Positions 51,252 to 64,000 of a DNA stretch of 64,000 nucleotides are shown piece by piece. The notes under the pieces were generated by a model. It was not told the origin of the DNA. It searched no databases and worked only from the letters and a program-made list of their open reading frames with translations. The position numbers were made by a program, and so were the translations under genes. The stretch comes from Eledone cirrhosa (lineage: Eukaryota). The stretch covers positions 30,752,001 to 30,816,000 of the forward strand of contig OZ024753.1 of NCBI GenBank assembly GCA_964016885.1, read 5' to 3'. How positions within the stretch are numbered: position 1 is the stretch's first letter; every line of letters starts with the position of its first letter.

Positions 51252-51853
51252 AGTTATATAGTAGTAGTAGTGGTAGTAGTGGTGGTGGTGGTGGTGGTGG
51301 TAGTAGTAGTATTGATGGTGGTGGTGGTGATGGTAATAGTATTAGTTGTAGTGGTGGTAGTAGTAATAGTAGTGGTAGTTATATAGTAGTAGTGGTGGTG
51401 GTGGTGGTAGTAGTATTGGTGGTAGTATCAGTAGTTGTAGTGGTGGTAGTAGTGGTGGTGGTAGTAGTACTAGTGTTAGTGGTAGTGATAGTAGTAGTCG
51501 TAGTGGTAGAAGTAATAGTAGTAGCGGTGGTAGTGGTGGTGGTAGTAGTAGTGGTGGTGGTGGTGGTAGTAGTACTAGTGTTAGTGGTAGTGATAGTAGT
51601 AGTCGTAGTAGTAGTGGTAGAAGTAATAGTAGTAGCGGTGGTAGTGGTGGTGGTAGTAGTAGTGGTGGTGGTGGTGGTAGTAGTACTAGTGTTAGTGGTA
51701 GTGATAGTAGTAGTCGTAGTAGTAGTGGTAGAAGTAATAGTAGTAGCGGTGGTAGTGGTGGTGGTAGTAGTAGTGGTGGTGGTGGTGGTAATCGTAGTAG
51801 TAGTAGTAGTAGCGGTAATGGTGGTAGTGGTAGTCGTAGTAGTGGTAGTAGTT
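51205..51853. repeat. (GTA)/(GTG) trinucleotide satellite with a higher-order repeat
   Basis: GTACTAGTGTTAGTGGTAGTGATAGTAGTAGTCG occurs three times. Confidence 0.93.
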
Positions 51854-52083
51854 GCTATAAATACTCAGACAGCTGCATTTATGATTTCTAAAGAGTTGTG
51901 CACCACATTTTGTCTTTTAATATTTTTACACAACAAACATCAAACATCACTGTGTCACACTTCTACCATCTATGTATAACTCTCTCTCTCTCTCGTCTCT
52001 TTCTTTCTCTCTCTATCTCTCACTTTCTCTCTCTCTCTGTGTCTGTCTCTCACACACTCTCACTCTCTGTCTAACTATCTCTG

Positions 52084-52122
<39 letters not shown>

Positions 52123-52190
52123 TTTATTGAATGTTAATTAAATAAAAGCACAATTTACTACATAAAGGTTTCCCCCGCATTATGTTGATT

Positions 52191-52243
<53 letters not shown>

Positions 52244-52385
52244 TTTGTATATATATATATATATATATATGGGTCTGATCTAGTGATATTCAAGACTATA
52301 CACTCACACACAAACATATATATGAAATAAAACCCAGCAGACAAGTAAAGTGGTATATATATATATACATTTCTTTGCCAAACCC

Positions 52386-52447
<62 letters not shown>

Positions 52448-52774
52448 GGGTTTGGCAAAAAAAATGTAAACACACTTTGATTACTTGTACAGGCAATATT
52501 TATTTCACCTTTCATGCTTACATGCTTTGTAGTATAGAGTTTCTCCCTTTTACGTTCTGAGTTCAAATCCCGCCGAGGTTAGCTTTGCCTTTCATCCTTA
52601 CGGGGACGATAAAATAAAGTACCTGTAATGCACTGGGTGGAGTCAATTTAATTGGCTTTCCCCTCTTTAAATTGCTGGCCTTGTGCCTATAGTAGAAATT
52701 ATTATTCATTGTCTCACACTGAAGTTTTCTATATCATTTATTCCAGTGTGTTTGAACTAAATTCTAAATTATTC

Positions 52775-53252
52775 TTAACCCTTTAGCATTTACATTACTC
52801 TCTATTTACTATTGTATTTTTATGGTATTTTTATATAATTATCTCACATGATATCGAATCTATGAGATTTTGATGTTATTTATTTTGAACTTCAGTATGA
52901 GTTGTCAGTTATGGCGGGTTTAAACCGAAAGAGGTGGAGTATTCTGGCCACATACAGCCGGTTTAAATGCTAATGGGTTAAACAGCTACAGAAATATTAT
53001 CAAAGTATCTTCTAGATTTGGAATGTCTCTCAATTCCAGTTATGAAGAAGACTAATATTATCACCATTGTTTATTAACCCTTTAATGTTCAAACCGGCCA
53101 GAATTCTCTACCTCGTTCTGTTGAAACTGGCTGTAACTTGTCGCTCAAACTGATGTTAAGGTTTTGTTCTCAAAATAAATACTTTCAAAATCTCATAGAT
53201 TCGATATTATGATAATAGTATATGTAGAGTAATGTGATTGCTAAAGGGTTAA
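52775..53252. mobile_element. Two piggyBac-like MITEs in opposite orientation (52775-52981 and 53074-53252)
   Basis: Each is bounded by TTAACCC ... GGGTTAA and matches 13441-13658. Confidence 0.8.
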
Positions 53253-53524
53253 AGTCTGCTTTCCCCTGCTATCAAGGGTTGGACAGGTCATCAGCAGACC
53301 AGGTCGGTACCCAAAGCAGAGACACTGGCCCCATGTTTCCACCCTACCTAGTGCTGAAATGAGTCGGCAGCATGTGACTTACATATAATACTGTGCACTA
53401 CCGAGTGCATTTTATTGTGACACCAGCATTAGAGAGGTAGTCATGTCTTTTGACACAAGGGAAGAGCCTTCTGGACCCTTTGTTTGGTAGGTTTGGATAC
53501 AAAGTGGACTGGGTGCATTAATTG

Positions 53525-54200
53525 ACACAGTCATATGTTTACCTTCATATTTACCTGTAAACATACATAGTTATGTTTACTTTTATATTTATCTGTAAAC
53601 ACACAGTCTTATATTTACCTTTAAACTTACCTGTAAACACACACAGTCATATATTTACCTTTGAACTTACCTGTAAACACAGTCATATATTTACCTTTAA
53701 ACTTACCTGTAAACACAGTCATATATTTACCTTTAAACTTACCTGTAAACACACACAGTCATATGTTTATCTTTAAACTTACCTGTAAACACACACAGTC
53801 ATATGTTTATCTTTAAACTTACCTGTAAACACACACAGTCATATATTTACCTTTAAACTTACCTGTAAACACACAGTCATATATTTACCTTTAAACTTAC
53901 CTGTAAACACACAGTCATATATTTACCTTTAAACTTACCTGTAAACACAGTCATATATTTACCTTTAAACTTACCTGTAAACACAGTCATATATTTACCT
54001 TTAAACTTACCTGTAAACACACAGTCATATGTTTACCTTTAAACTTACCTGTAAACACACAGTCATATGTTTACCTTTAAACTTACCTGTAAACACACAG
54101 TCATGTTTACCTTTAAACTTACCTGTAAACACACAGTCATATATTTACCTCGAAACTCACCTGTAAACACGCAGTCATATATTTACCTTTAAACTTACAT
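53525..54200. repeat. 36-40-bp minisatellite ACACAGTCATATATTTACCTTTAAACTTACCTGTAA(AC)n, ~17-18 copies
   Basis: Direct reading; unit length varies through the CA run. Confidence 0.96.
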
Positions 54201-54298
54201 ACAACAATCATTCTCAGTAAAAGACACAGCTACATAATATACATGTTTATTTTTTATTCGTTATTTAGTGAATATGTATGTTTGTATGTATTCGTGTG

Positions 54299-54366
<68 letters not shown>

Positions 54367-55685
54367 GTGTGTGTGTATATGTATATATATATATATGTGT
54401 GTGTATATAGTCATTAAATGAAACAATTATATCCTTCACTTACAAAAGCAGCCAGCCATCTGTCTAGTCAAAAAATAAAAAAAAATTACAAAAAAAACAA
54501 CAAAAAAAAAACAAGCAAAAAAAAGCAAAAGAAAAGTGAAGAGATTAATAGTAATTAGATAAGAGAGTCTCATTCATAAAATACGGAATAATGAGGAGAT
54601 TGATGATTAGCTTCTTAATCTGTTTACATTTTTATTGTTATGTCTAAAAGTTGACAGAGACTCTGGTTTACTTGCAATATAAAGCGGCAAAATTGTAGAG
54701 TTATTACAGCATCAGATTACGGTTTATTAGACACATTTTTTCCCCCCTGTATAAAAAAAATCTTTAAACACCACTCTGCATCCTCTTAGCTGAAGGTCAG
54801 TGATGGGAATTGAAAATTCAGAGTAGTGGTTCTTAACCCTGAGGTGCCAGCATCCTCAAGGAGTGTGAGATTCAGTTCTTGGGGATACAGAGAAGAAGCA
54901 AGAACAGAAGTCACATTAAAGATTAAAATATTTTGATTGGATATTTTCTGTTATTTTCAAATATTTGTATTTATTAATCATTGTAGTTAATTAGTTAAAT
55001 AGTAGCAGCTAATTAGCTGATAATTTGACCTGAAAATTCAACTTCTTTTGTCTTATGTGCTAGGTGTAGGGGTGTGAGATGGAATTTCAATATCTCAAGA
55101 GGTGCCACTGGGTTAGAGTGAGGATTTCAAGCTAAAATGGGGGTAAAACAAGCTAAATGAGGTTCGGCTGAAAGGTTCATAGGCTGACAAAGATACTCGC
55201 ATGGAAACACAAAATTAGGTTTATTTTTCAACATAGTCCCTGGAAAGAAACAATGCAGTCATTAATAAGAAGAGTTGAAATTAATGCATGCAAGATTTCA
55301 CAGCTCTAGCATCAGTCTTTCATAGCCAGCCTATGTCTGTACTTGTATGTGTATATGTGTGTGCACATGTGTACGTATATATGTGTATCAGTGTGTGTGT
55401 ATGTATGTATGTCTGTGTGCATATATGTATATATATGTATATATATGTGTGTATGTTTGTGTGTGTGTGTATATATGTATATATATATGTGTGTGTTATA
55501 AATAATTAACAAAATAAAATGGAGTTTTACATTGAGTTAGAAAGAGTCTAGCAAGATGACATTGCAGTTGTTTACCTAGACATCATCTTTCACTTCAATA
55601 CAATTGTAAATATTATTGAATATTGAGTGGGAGTCTGTTTGTATAACCTAAGCATTCTTAAATACATTTAACATACACACACACA

Positions 55686-56152
55686 CAGAGATACCTCGCA
55701 GTACGAGTTTAATTCGTTCCATGACTGAGCTCGTTTTACGATTTACTCGTTTTACAAATCCATTTTCCCTACTGAAATTAATTAAAATATAAATAATCTG
55801 TTCCAACTCCCCAAACCACCCAGAAATCATTTTTTATGGGTTTTAAAACAGAAAAAGGTGCAATTATTATAAAATAATAATAAAAAAATGTACAAAACTA
55901 AAAAAAAAAACAAACACTGGGAAAACTCATTAGGGATGATGCGAAAATGAGATAAACACATAAATTGAGTGAGTGGAGGCTGCGCTTGTTGGGAGAGTGT
56001 GTGCGAGCTCAGCGCGAACTAGCAGTCGATTGTATGAAACTCGCTCGTACTGCGGATATCCACTTGTACTACAAGACAAAAATTTGTTCGAGCCTTGGCT
56101 CATACAGCAAAATTACTCGTACAACAGGGCACTCATACTATGAGGTTCTCCT
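55686..56152. mobile_element. Tigger/pogo-like non-autonomous DNA element
   Basis: Imperfect TIRs CAGAGATACCTCGCAGTACGAG / CTCATACTATGAGGTTCTCCT with subterminal CTCGT repeats. Confidence 0.65.
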
Positions 56153-56160
56153 TTTATATA

Positions 56161-56400
56161 TACAGGGTCTTGCAGAAAAATTGAGACAATTTTTATGATG
56201 CATAAAACTGGTTATAAATACTAAAATAATGGTAGTAGACAAATATAATTTTAATGTAACATTTATTACAACAAAAACATTTATCACTCATTATGGCTGC
56301 CCTTTGGGCAATTACTGCCTCCACATGAGAACAAAATTTTTTTGCAGTTGTCGCAGCCTCTGTTTTTTTTTTATTTTGATTATCGCAAACTGTTGACACT
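56161..56400 (-). mobile_element. Tc1-like transposon end
   Basis: TA-CAGGGT terminus; KFCSHVEAVIAQR resembles the Tc1 C-terminal R.EAVI..G motif. Confidence 0.55.
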
Positions 56401-58639
56401 CAAGTTTGGTGAAGCATTGGTCCTTACTTGAAGTACGTCCCCTAAAAAGTAAACTATATTTTCATCCTGGTTATATTTTTAACAGTAGAAAAAAAAACAG
56501 ACACCTATGTATCTGTTTATATCTTGTGTCATAGATTAAGAAATAGGTATCTCGTGAATCAAATGTTGTAATCCAGTGTTTCTGATTTGTTGCACTTGTA
56601 GCTATTTCATTCCACCTGTATTAGTAATAGTCTTGGAACAGACAGTATGACTAATCAGTCCTTGATAGATACCGCTGTTCACTGTTCACCTATATACACA
56701 TACATACTCACACAAAAGAGCTAATTTTATCTATTATAAAGATGTGATAGAGACTTGACTGCCTGTAGCAAGCAGCATGTGGTGTGACGAATGTTGTCAT
56801 CATACTAGTACCAGCAAAGACTTATGGAGCAAAGACATAGTTGATGAATAAAAAATATGGAACAGGAAGAAGCTTAGAAAAACAAGTCCACTCTGTTTCA
56901 AGCATTCACAATTAGTTCTCCTATTTGAAGGCACATTCTTCCTTCCCTCCCTCCCTCTGACCAGGAGGCCCTGGAAATTGTCATGGACACTGCCCTTTAC
57001 TCCTGGCTAACTAACAAACAAAATACCTTTTTTTATGCAAACAACTAATCCACAGAAGCATATTTAAATCTTTTTTTCATTACAATATTTCTAATGAGGA
57101 CTCTGCTCCCGCAAAGGAATATGTGGGTGAAGAAGAAGATATTGCTTATTATTTTTCAAATAATTTTGTAAATAATCAAGAATTTGTAAGGATTTAGTAG
57201 TAGTATTGTCCTTTGTTAAGCTGGGGTTTGGGACACAATGGAAGTTTTCTTGATAAATATAAGCCCTTTAAAACAAACACTTTGTTTGTAGTAACAGGGA
57301 CAGTTTTATGTGGTTTTGTAACAAAAGGGTTACCATTTAATTTAAAAAATAAATATTAAAGTAACAGCAAATAGTTTAGAAATTATTTCTAATTTTGTTT
57401 CATAACACCAAACACTGCTTTATTGTCAGAACCTATTAATACTTTTGATACCAAACTGCTCAAAACAGCCCCTGGTTCTCCAAACAAAATATATTCTTGA
57501 TTATTTTCAAAATGATTTAAAAATTATAGGCAGTGTCTTTTATTAGAAATAAAGCAATGAAAATGTGAAACAATTCTGTGATGTGGTAGTGGTGGGGAGA
57601 AATATAAACCAGGTTTTTTTAATAGACATTAAAAAAAAAATCAGTGTAATTAGTTTATAATTATTTCATCTGAAATAGGAACTTACATTTTTACCTGTAA
57701 CAGAACACTTCTATTTTATACCTCTACTCTCCTTTCACAGAAAGAAAAAAAAAAAGATAGATTGATAAAAAAACAAAACAAAATGACCTACTTCCTCCAT
57801 AACTGTAATAATAGAAGTATTATTTTCACCAGCACAATGCAAAATAAATACACACACAGTAAGCATTTTCAAGTTATTTGCCTTGCTAAAGCTGGAGTTA
57901 GACATGCAAAAAACTCATGTCAGGTGTCATACTCATCATAATGTCCCTTTTGAGCCAATGTTTTATGGCCAGATGTCCTTTGAAACACCAGCTTAATGAG
58001 AAAATCAGTTATTTTACTAAATTCCTCCAAATTCTTGATTATTTTCAAAAATTATTGTAAAAACATTCAATGAAAGACGCTACCTATATTTTTATAATAG
58101 CTTTGAAAATTTTCATTAGGAATATGGTTAACAAAAGAGTCCCTGCTGTCCATGAGAATTCCTGAACATCAATGACCTAGTTCTCTCAAATATTTTGAGA
58201 AGAAATTCCAAATGTGAAAGCGAAGCCTAGATACTAGACTTTCTTTTAAAGATTAAATATGATTTTACCAATGAAATTTGTCTGTTGATACTTGGCAAAT
58301 ATTTGATTAGAATCTTACCACTATTAAATATTTAATGGGTACAGTTAATGATGAGTATTTAGGTCATTTCCTTCTGGTCCAAAGTCTAGTATGTACTGTG
58401 TCATCAAACAAAACAACTGCTTCAGTTGAACTGTCAAATGGATATTATTCTTATTTCCCACTTGCTTTGTTGATGTGAGTAAAATGATATCCAGCTGTGA
58501 AAGTAACAATTACTACAACAAACAAAGTAAATATCCAAATTTGCTGATACCATCCAAACTTACAACTTGCTGATGTCATTTTCTGTGTATGGCCTGTATA
58601 ATTTTCACAAGAGATCACCAGATTGTAAAGCATGGTACT

Positions 58640-58870
58640 CTGTTAAAGGACATCTCTAGGTTGAGGATGCTAGGTACAGTACAGGGGGTTTGCTCTTAAG
58701 AACTTGTCTTACTAGGAAGTGGGTAGTGTTGGTACCCTGTCTTGACACAAACATGTGCTGCATCTCATCAAAGTTATTTCTCATCCTAATCAGTTGTGCT
58801 ATAACACTTTCTTTTACTTTCATAATTTGGTTCATCAGTTTCATGTATCAGCAACTCTCTGTCAAGAATT
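58640..58870 (-). mobile_element. Degraded RTE reverse-transcriptase fragment
   Basis: KLMNQIMKVKESVIAQLIR..DEMQHMFVSRQGT..FLVRQ..LYLA corresponds to the RT QFGF..GRST..IF..RQ region. Confidence 0.8.
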
Positions 58871-59745
58871 TTCTTTAACTCATAATTAGATGAGTAATAA
58901 TCACATGGCAGTAGAGTTTCATTTGATGGTAATAAATAAATTAGTCTTTTCTAGTAGAGTTGTCATCATCATCATCATCATCATTGTATGACTGCAGTAG
59001 CTGATGGTACAATCTTCCTTCACCCATTACCTTTTTCATAATCAGTTATGGTTGTTTCACTCCTTTGTTACCAACCCTGGCCAAAACCAGCTCTGGTTTT
59101 GTGAAATAAAGTCACCCAATTTTAAAGGTTTCCAATTTAAATTAAAATCTTCCAATGTACAGTGTAGGAACAGTTACCACAATGAATCTTGTTCAATGCT
59201 TTAACAATTGAGTCTCAGTCCACTGCAATAGACTGGTACTTTGTTTTATCATGCAGTTAATGTATTGGACTTTCAAACAGTCTACATCTACTCATTTTTC
59301 ACTTACAAGGCTTGGATCAACCTGAGGCAATGGTAAATGACATTAGCTGTGGGATTGAATTCGTAATCTAATGAGTATGAAGCGAATCTTTTTACCATTT
59401 GGGCAAGCTGTGTTCACAAGTTTAACAGCAGCAATATTTTAAGACCATATTTGTCTGATAAACCTAGCAGAAATCATGCTTATCGATGGGGGTAAGAGTG
59501 AGGGTGGAAGGTGAAGTAATGTTTTACAGGTGGATACCCTTCATGATGTCAACTCTTTTAGATACCTCTCAAGATACACAAGAACACAGCTTACTTATTC
59601 TAAACCAGGCATATACAGCTATAAGATGTAGCACACAATACATATAACTATGTCAGTTTTTGAAGTTTCTTTAATCCAGATACAGTTTTTATAGAAATGG
59701 AGGACATTTTCTTTTTTTCTCTCCTATTATCATTATTATTATTAA

Positions 59746-60069
59746 TATTCTTTGAGTCTCAGTCATTGATGTTATTTAACTGGAAAGTTTGTTGAAATGA
59801 ATATCAAGCCGCTACCTGCAGCCTCAGATATTCAGGATGTATCGGAGGGCTCTTGCTGTTCCCAGCAAGCATGCTTTTTGAAGTGTTCCAAAAAGCGGGG
59901 CTGGACTAATTTTCTTTAACCATCCTTGGAAACTCTTTGAGATAGTACCTAGTGCGCCTATGACAATCGGGACGACTCTGACTTCATGGCAGTCCCAAAT
60001 CCTTTTTACCTCCCAGTTTAAGTCCTGGTATCGGTTAATTTTCTCCCTCTCCTTTTCTTGCACTCTCAA
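59746..60069 (-). mobile_element. R4/Dong-type non-LTR retrotransposon 3' end (restriction-like endonuclease C-terminus)
   Basis: EKINRYQDL..EVKRIW..VVPIVIGALG..LQKACLLGTARALR; (TAT)n on both flanks. Confidence 0.85.
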
Positions 60070-60264
60070 TTATTATTATTATCTTGGAATGAAAATCTCA
60101 TTGATTTATGTAGTTTTTGTCAGCAATCCTTCTGGTATAATCTACATGTTTCTAAAAGCCACTTACACAAGCTTCTACTTTATCTGGATCACCAATCTAC
60201 CAATTTTCACTCCAAACTATGAGTCATAGACCAGACATTTTTTTTATTTGTTATTTTTATTTTA

Positions 60265-60307
<43 letters not shown>

Positions 60308-60418
60308 TTTTTTTTTATTGATCTCTGGTGATTGTAAGTCTTACTTGCTTCCGGTCAATATAGAATCTACAAACAAATGAGTCCAGAGAGAGGTAGAGAG
60401 GGAGTGAGAGAGAGAGAG

Positions 60419-60470
<52 letters not shown>

Positions 60471-60629
60471 AAGGTTGTATTGCATTTATTTATTTATGTG
60501 TTTTTCTTTTCATTTTTGTAAGCAGTCTTATTCTTATCAGTACTTTTATTTTGTACTGTGATGTGTGTACACATGAGAGCTTTTATTTGTTGATTTATAG
60601 AACGTCTGTCATTGTGTTGTGTGTGAGTC

Positions 60630-60660
<31 letters not shown>

Positions 60661-60870
60661 AGGAGAGAGAGTGTGTGTGAAAGAGAGAGAGAGAGAATGA
60701 GTGCATTTTGATATATGTGTATATATGCATGCAAATACATAAATGTGTGTTTGTGAGTGCAGTTTTGCACATATGTGTGTTATGATGTGCGTTGTCTGTG
60801 TGTGTGTGTTTGCACATTTTTATTTTGTGCATTTTTCACATGTATGTATGTGTGTGTGTGCAGTTTTTGC

Positions 60871-60944
<74 letters not shown>

Positions 60945-61061
60945 TTTACAATGTTCTAGAAATTACTGTTTGTATGTAATGTATTCTTTTGTATCATACA
61001 GAAATTCAGTTAATGCAAAAAAAACAATAAACAGATAAAATAACGAACAAATTAATAATAA

Positions 61062-62060
61062 TAATTGTTTCTACTTTTGGCACAAGGCCAGCAATAACCC
61101 AGTGCATTACTGGTACTTTATTTTATCGATCCCGTAAGGATGAAAGGCAAAGTTAACCTCGGCGGGATTTGAACTCAGATTGTAAAGGGACGTAACTTTA
61201 TGCTTCAAAGCATGGCGTCCGACCCTCTACCGATACAGCCAATCCACCGCCCTTAATAATAATAATAATTGTTTCTACTTTAGGCACAAGGCCAGCAATT
61301 ACCCAGTGCATTACTGGTACTTTATTTTATCGACCCCGTAAGGATGAAAGGCAAAGTCAATAATAATAATAACAATAAAGGTTTCTGATTTAGGCATAAG
61401 GCCAACAATTTTAAGGAAAGGGGCAAGTTGATTTTATCGGTCCCCAACACTTACCTGGTACTTATTTTACCCATATCGGAAAGATGAAAGGCAAAGTTGA
61501 CCCTGGCAGGATTTGAACTCACAACATAATGCGCCATAACAAAATTCTACAAAGCTTTTTGTCTGATACTCTAAAGAATCTGCCAATCTACCATCCTGAT
61601 AATAATGGTAATGATGATGATGATGATGGCGGTGATCAACATTGATCATCATCATCGATTAACGTCTTTCTTCCACGCTAGCATGGGTTAGACGGGTTTG
61701 TCCTATTTAGCGGCAGGTTGGGTCGGGTGACTGTGTCTCGCTCATATAGGAGAGTTTCTGGCTGGTTTTCTACGGCTGGATGCCCTTCCTAAAGCCAACT
61801 ACATTGACAGTGTGTGCTGGGTCCCTTTTGCCGTGTCTTTTACACGTCTACTTTACAGTGTCGGCTGGGTGCTTTTACATCATGATGATGATGATGATGA
61901 TGATAATAGTTTCTGATTTAGACACAAGACCAACAATTTTAGGGGAGGGGAAAGTCCATTAAATCGACCCCAGTGCATGTCTGGTGCTTTATTTTGTCAA
62001 CTTGGTAAGGATGACAGGCAAAGTTAACCTCAACGTGATTTGAACTCAAAACGTAAAGAA
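61062..62060 (-). mobile_element. SINE cluster (family A full and partial copies plus an RTE-tail SINE at ~61645-61880)
   Basis: Repeated GCACAAGGCCAGCAAT..GATGAAAGGCAAAGT blocks separated by (AAT)n and (ATG)n. Confidence 0.88.
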
Positions 62061-62191
62061 CTATAACCTTGATTATCTATGTTTTAAATATGATTTAAAA
62101 CAGATAGTGTGTACATGTATAAAGCAAATTATATACTTTTAACAGTGTAAAGCACATGATGTAAACAATCTGGTGTGTTTATTTTTGTGAC

Positions 62192-62407
62192 TTAACCCTT
62201 AAGCATTTACATTACTCTATATATACTATTATATTTTTGTGGTAAAGGCTTTATCTCACATAATATCAAATCAATGAGATTTTGATGTTATTTATTTTGA
62301 GAACAATACGTTAACATCAGTATGAGTGGCCAGTTATGGCCTGTATGAATAGAAAAAGGTGAGAGAATTCTGACCAGGAACAGCCAGTTTAATTGCTAAA
62401 GGGTTAA
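62192..62407 (+). mobile_element. piggyBac-like MITE
   Basis: TTAACCCTTAAGCATTTA ... GCTAAAGGGTTAA. Confidence 0.85.
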
Positions 62408-63695
62408 AGCAAAACAATTCTGTATCATAGAACCCAGGGCAGTTTCAGGTGGTTTGGTATCAAAAGAGTTAGAATTCTGATGGTTTCAGTTTTAATATGA
62501 ATACTTCAAAACAGGAGACTCAAACTTGTTGGCCGAACAGATAAAACTTTGAATTTTACTTTTGATGTCTCTGTTTTAATACTATATATAGTACAATTTA
62601 TTGTAATTTACCCATGAAATATAATAAAATGACCAAAAACGGAACTTATCAACAGTAAAAATGGAACAAAAAAAAAAAAAAAAGGAATTTACCAAAAAAA
62701 AACCAGAAATAAGGAAAATTTGTTCCCCTTACATTTTGTACTAATTCACATATCTCACTTACTACCGTATGTATATTTATTTTGATGAAAGAAAAAATAA
62801 ATAGCATTCTATCAGCTGTATTACAGATTAACATTTTAACTGGTGGAAATCACATTCTATCAACTCCCATTCACTGGGCTGCTTCCTCAGGAAGTAATGG
62901 ATGTGTTGAGTCCTTCAGTTTGAGATCCCTGTTTTAAAACCTGAACTGTTGATTATAGAATATGAAGCAGTCTGAGGTAGGTTGGTATCAAAAGAATTAA
63001 GAATCATTCCAATGTCATCTGAAACAGTCTCTCTCTCTCTCGTTAAGAACTCTTTTATCAGACAACCAGTAACGGAGTTGTTGTTAATTAGAATTGAAAT
63101 TCTTCAACTTCATAGTCTTGACTTAGCATTACACTTATGATTGAAGTGTTGTTAAAACATTCTTTCTTTCTTTCTTTCTTTCTTTCTATCTTTCTTTTCT
63201 TTTTGTCTGTCTGTCATATGATGGATGTGTACATGTGACAGAGAGAGAGAGAGAGCAGGTATGTGTGTGTTTGTGTGTAATAATCTGTGTGTATGTGTGC
63301 TTGTGCATAACAATCTTTGTATGTGTGTGTATGTGTATTTGGTGTGCATGAGACAGTGTGTTTGAGTGAGTGAGAGATATGGTGTGTCTGGGCGAGAGAG
63401 AGAGACTCTGTGTGTAACCGTCTGTGTGAGAGAGAGACTCTCTGTGTGTGTCTGTAACCGTCTGTGTGTGTGTAACCGTCTATCTGTGTGAATGAGAGAG
63501 AGAGAGAGTGTGTGTGTATGTGTGTGAATGAGTGAGAGTGAGAGAGAGAGTGTAATAGTTGTATAGTGATGTCTTCTGCAGCTCATGTCATTAGAATCTA
63601 TTTAGAAGTATGGAGGAATTAATTTAACAGAGACTGCCTTTTGCCTATTGCTTTCCCTCGTAGAATTGATACAACGACAACAACAACAGTCGCAA

Positions 63696-63781
<86 letters not shown>

Positions 63782-63795
63782 ATAATAATAATAAT
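63696..63795. repeat. (CTA)n then (TAA)n microsatellite
   Basis: Direct reading. Confidence 0.97.
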
Positions 63796-63954
63796 TGGTT
63801 GCCATTTAAAGAATGTAATCATTGAGTTGAATGTATCCCAATGGGGAGAAGATATTAGTCTAAAAATGTATATAATTAGTCTTCATTTGACTGAATGTGT
63901 TGAATCTAAATGCTGAATTCATTACGTATACATGTGTGTATGTGTATGCATGTG

Positions 63955-64000
<46 letters not shown>

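Noticed and set aside
51392-51979. Poly-Val ORF resembling a membrane protein (also 29872-30126)
   Set aside because: GTA/GTG trinucleotide repeat.
35291-55240. Inverted mariner ends as one 20-kb element
   Set aside because: The termini face away from each other, so they are separate fragments.
57680-57760. Minus-strand acceptor and GTAAGT donor enclosing a 45-nt exon
   Set aside because: Stops in all three frames and no independent support; at most a non-coding exon.

Overview
AT-rich, CpG-poor animal genomic DNA with no complete host gene. The SINE repertoire and microsatellite load suggest a coleoid cephalopod such as Octopus (inference). Almost every ORF in the supplied track is a microsatellite or repeat artefact. 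The real content is: one CpG-rich candidate first exon near 560-984; many tRNA-derived SINEs; 5'-truncated RTE, R4/Dong and probable L1/Tx1 LINE fragments; mariner, Tc1, Tigger and piggyBac-type DNA-transposon remnants; and several minisatellites, some amplified from TE sequence. The main finding is a set of short non-coding elements embedded in (TA)n tracts that fold back as inverted repeats and carry minimal type-I hammerhead ribozyme (HHR) motifs of several unrelated sequences. They share a GTAAGTACTCAATAC-like motif. The best example (7991-9031) is a ~424-bp-arm palindrome built from a circularly permuted 466-nt monomer with an intact HHR on each strand, as expected of a Penelope-like-element (PLE)-dependent, retrozyme-like RNA. 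HHRs in PLE pLTRs and retrozymes are known in general; whether these particular families are described needs a database search. All folds and alignments were done by eye and coordinates may be off by a few bases.
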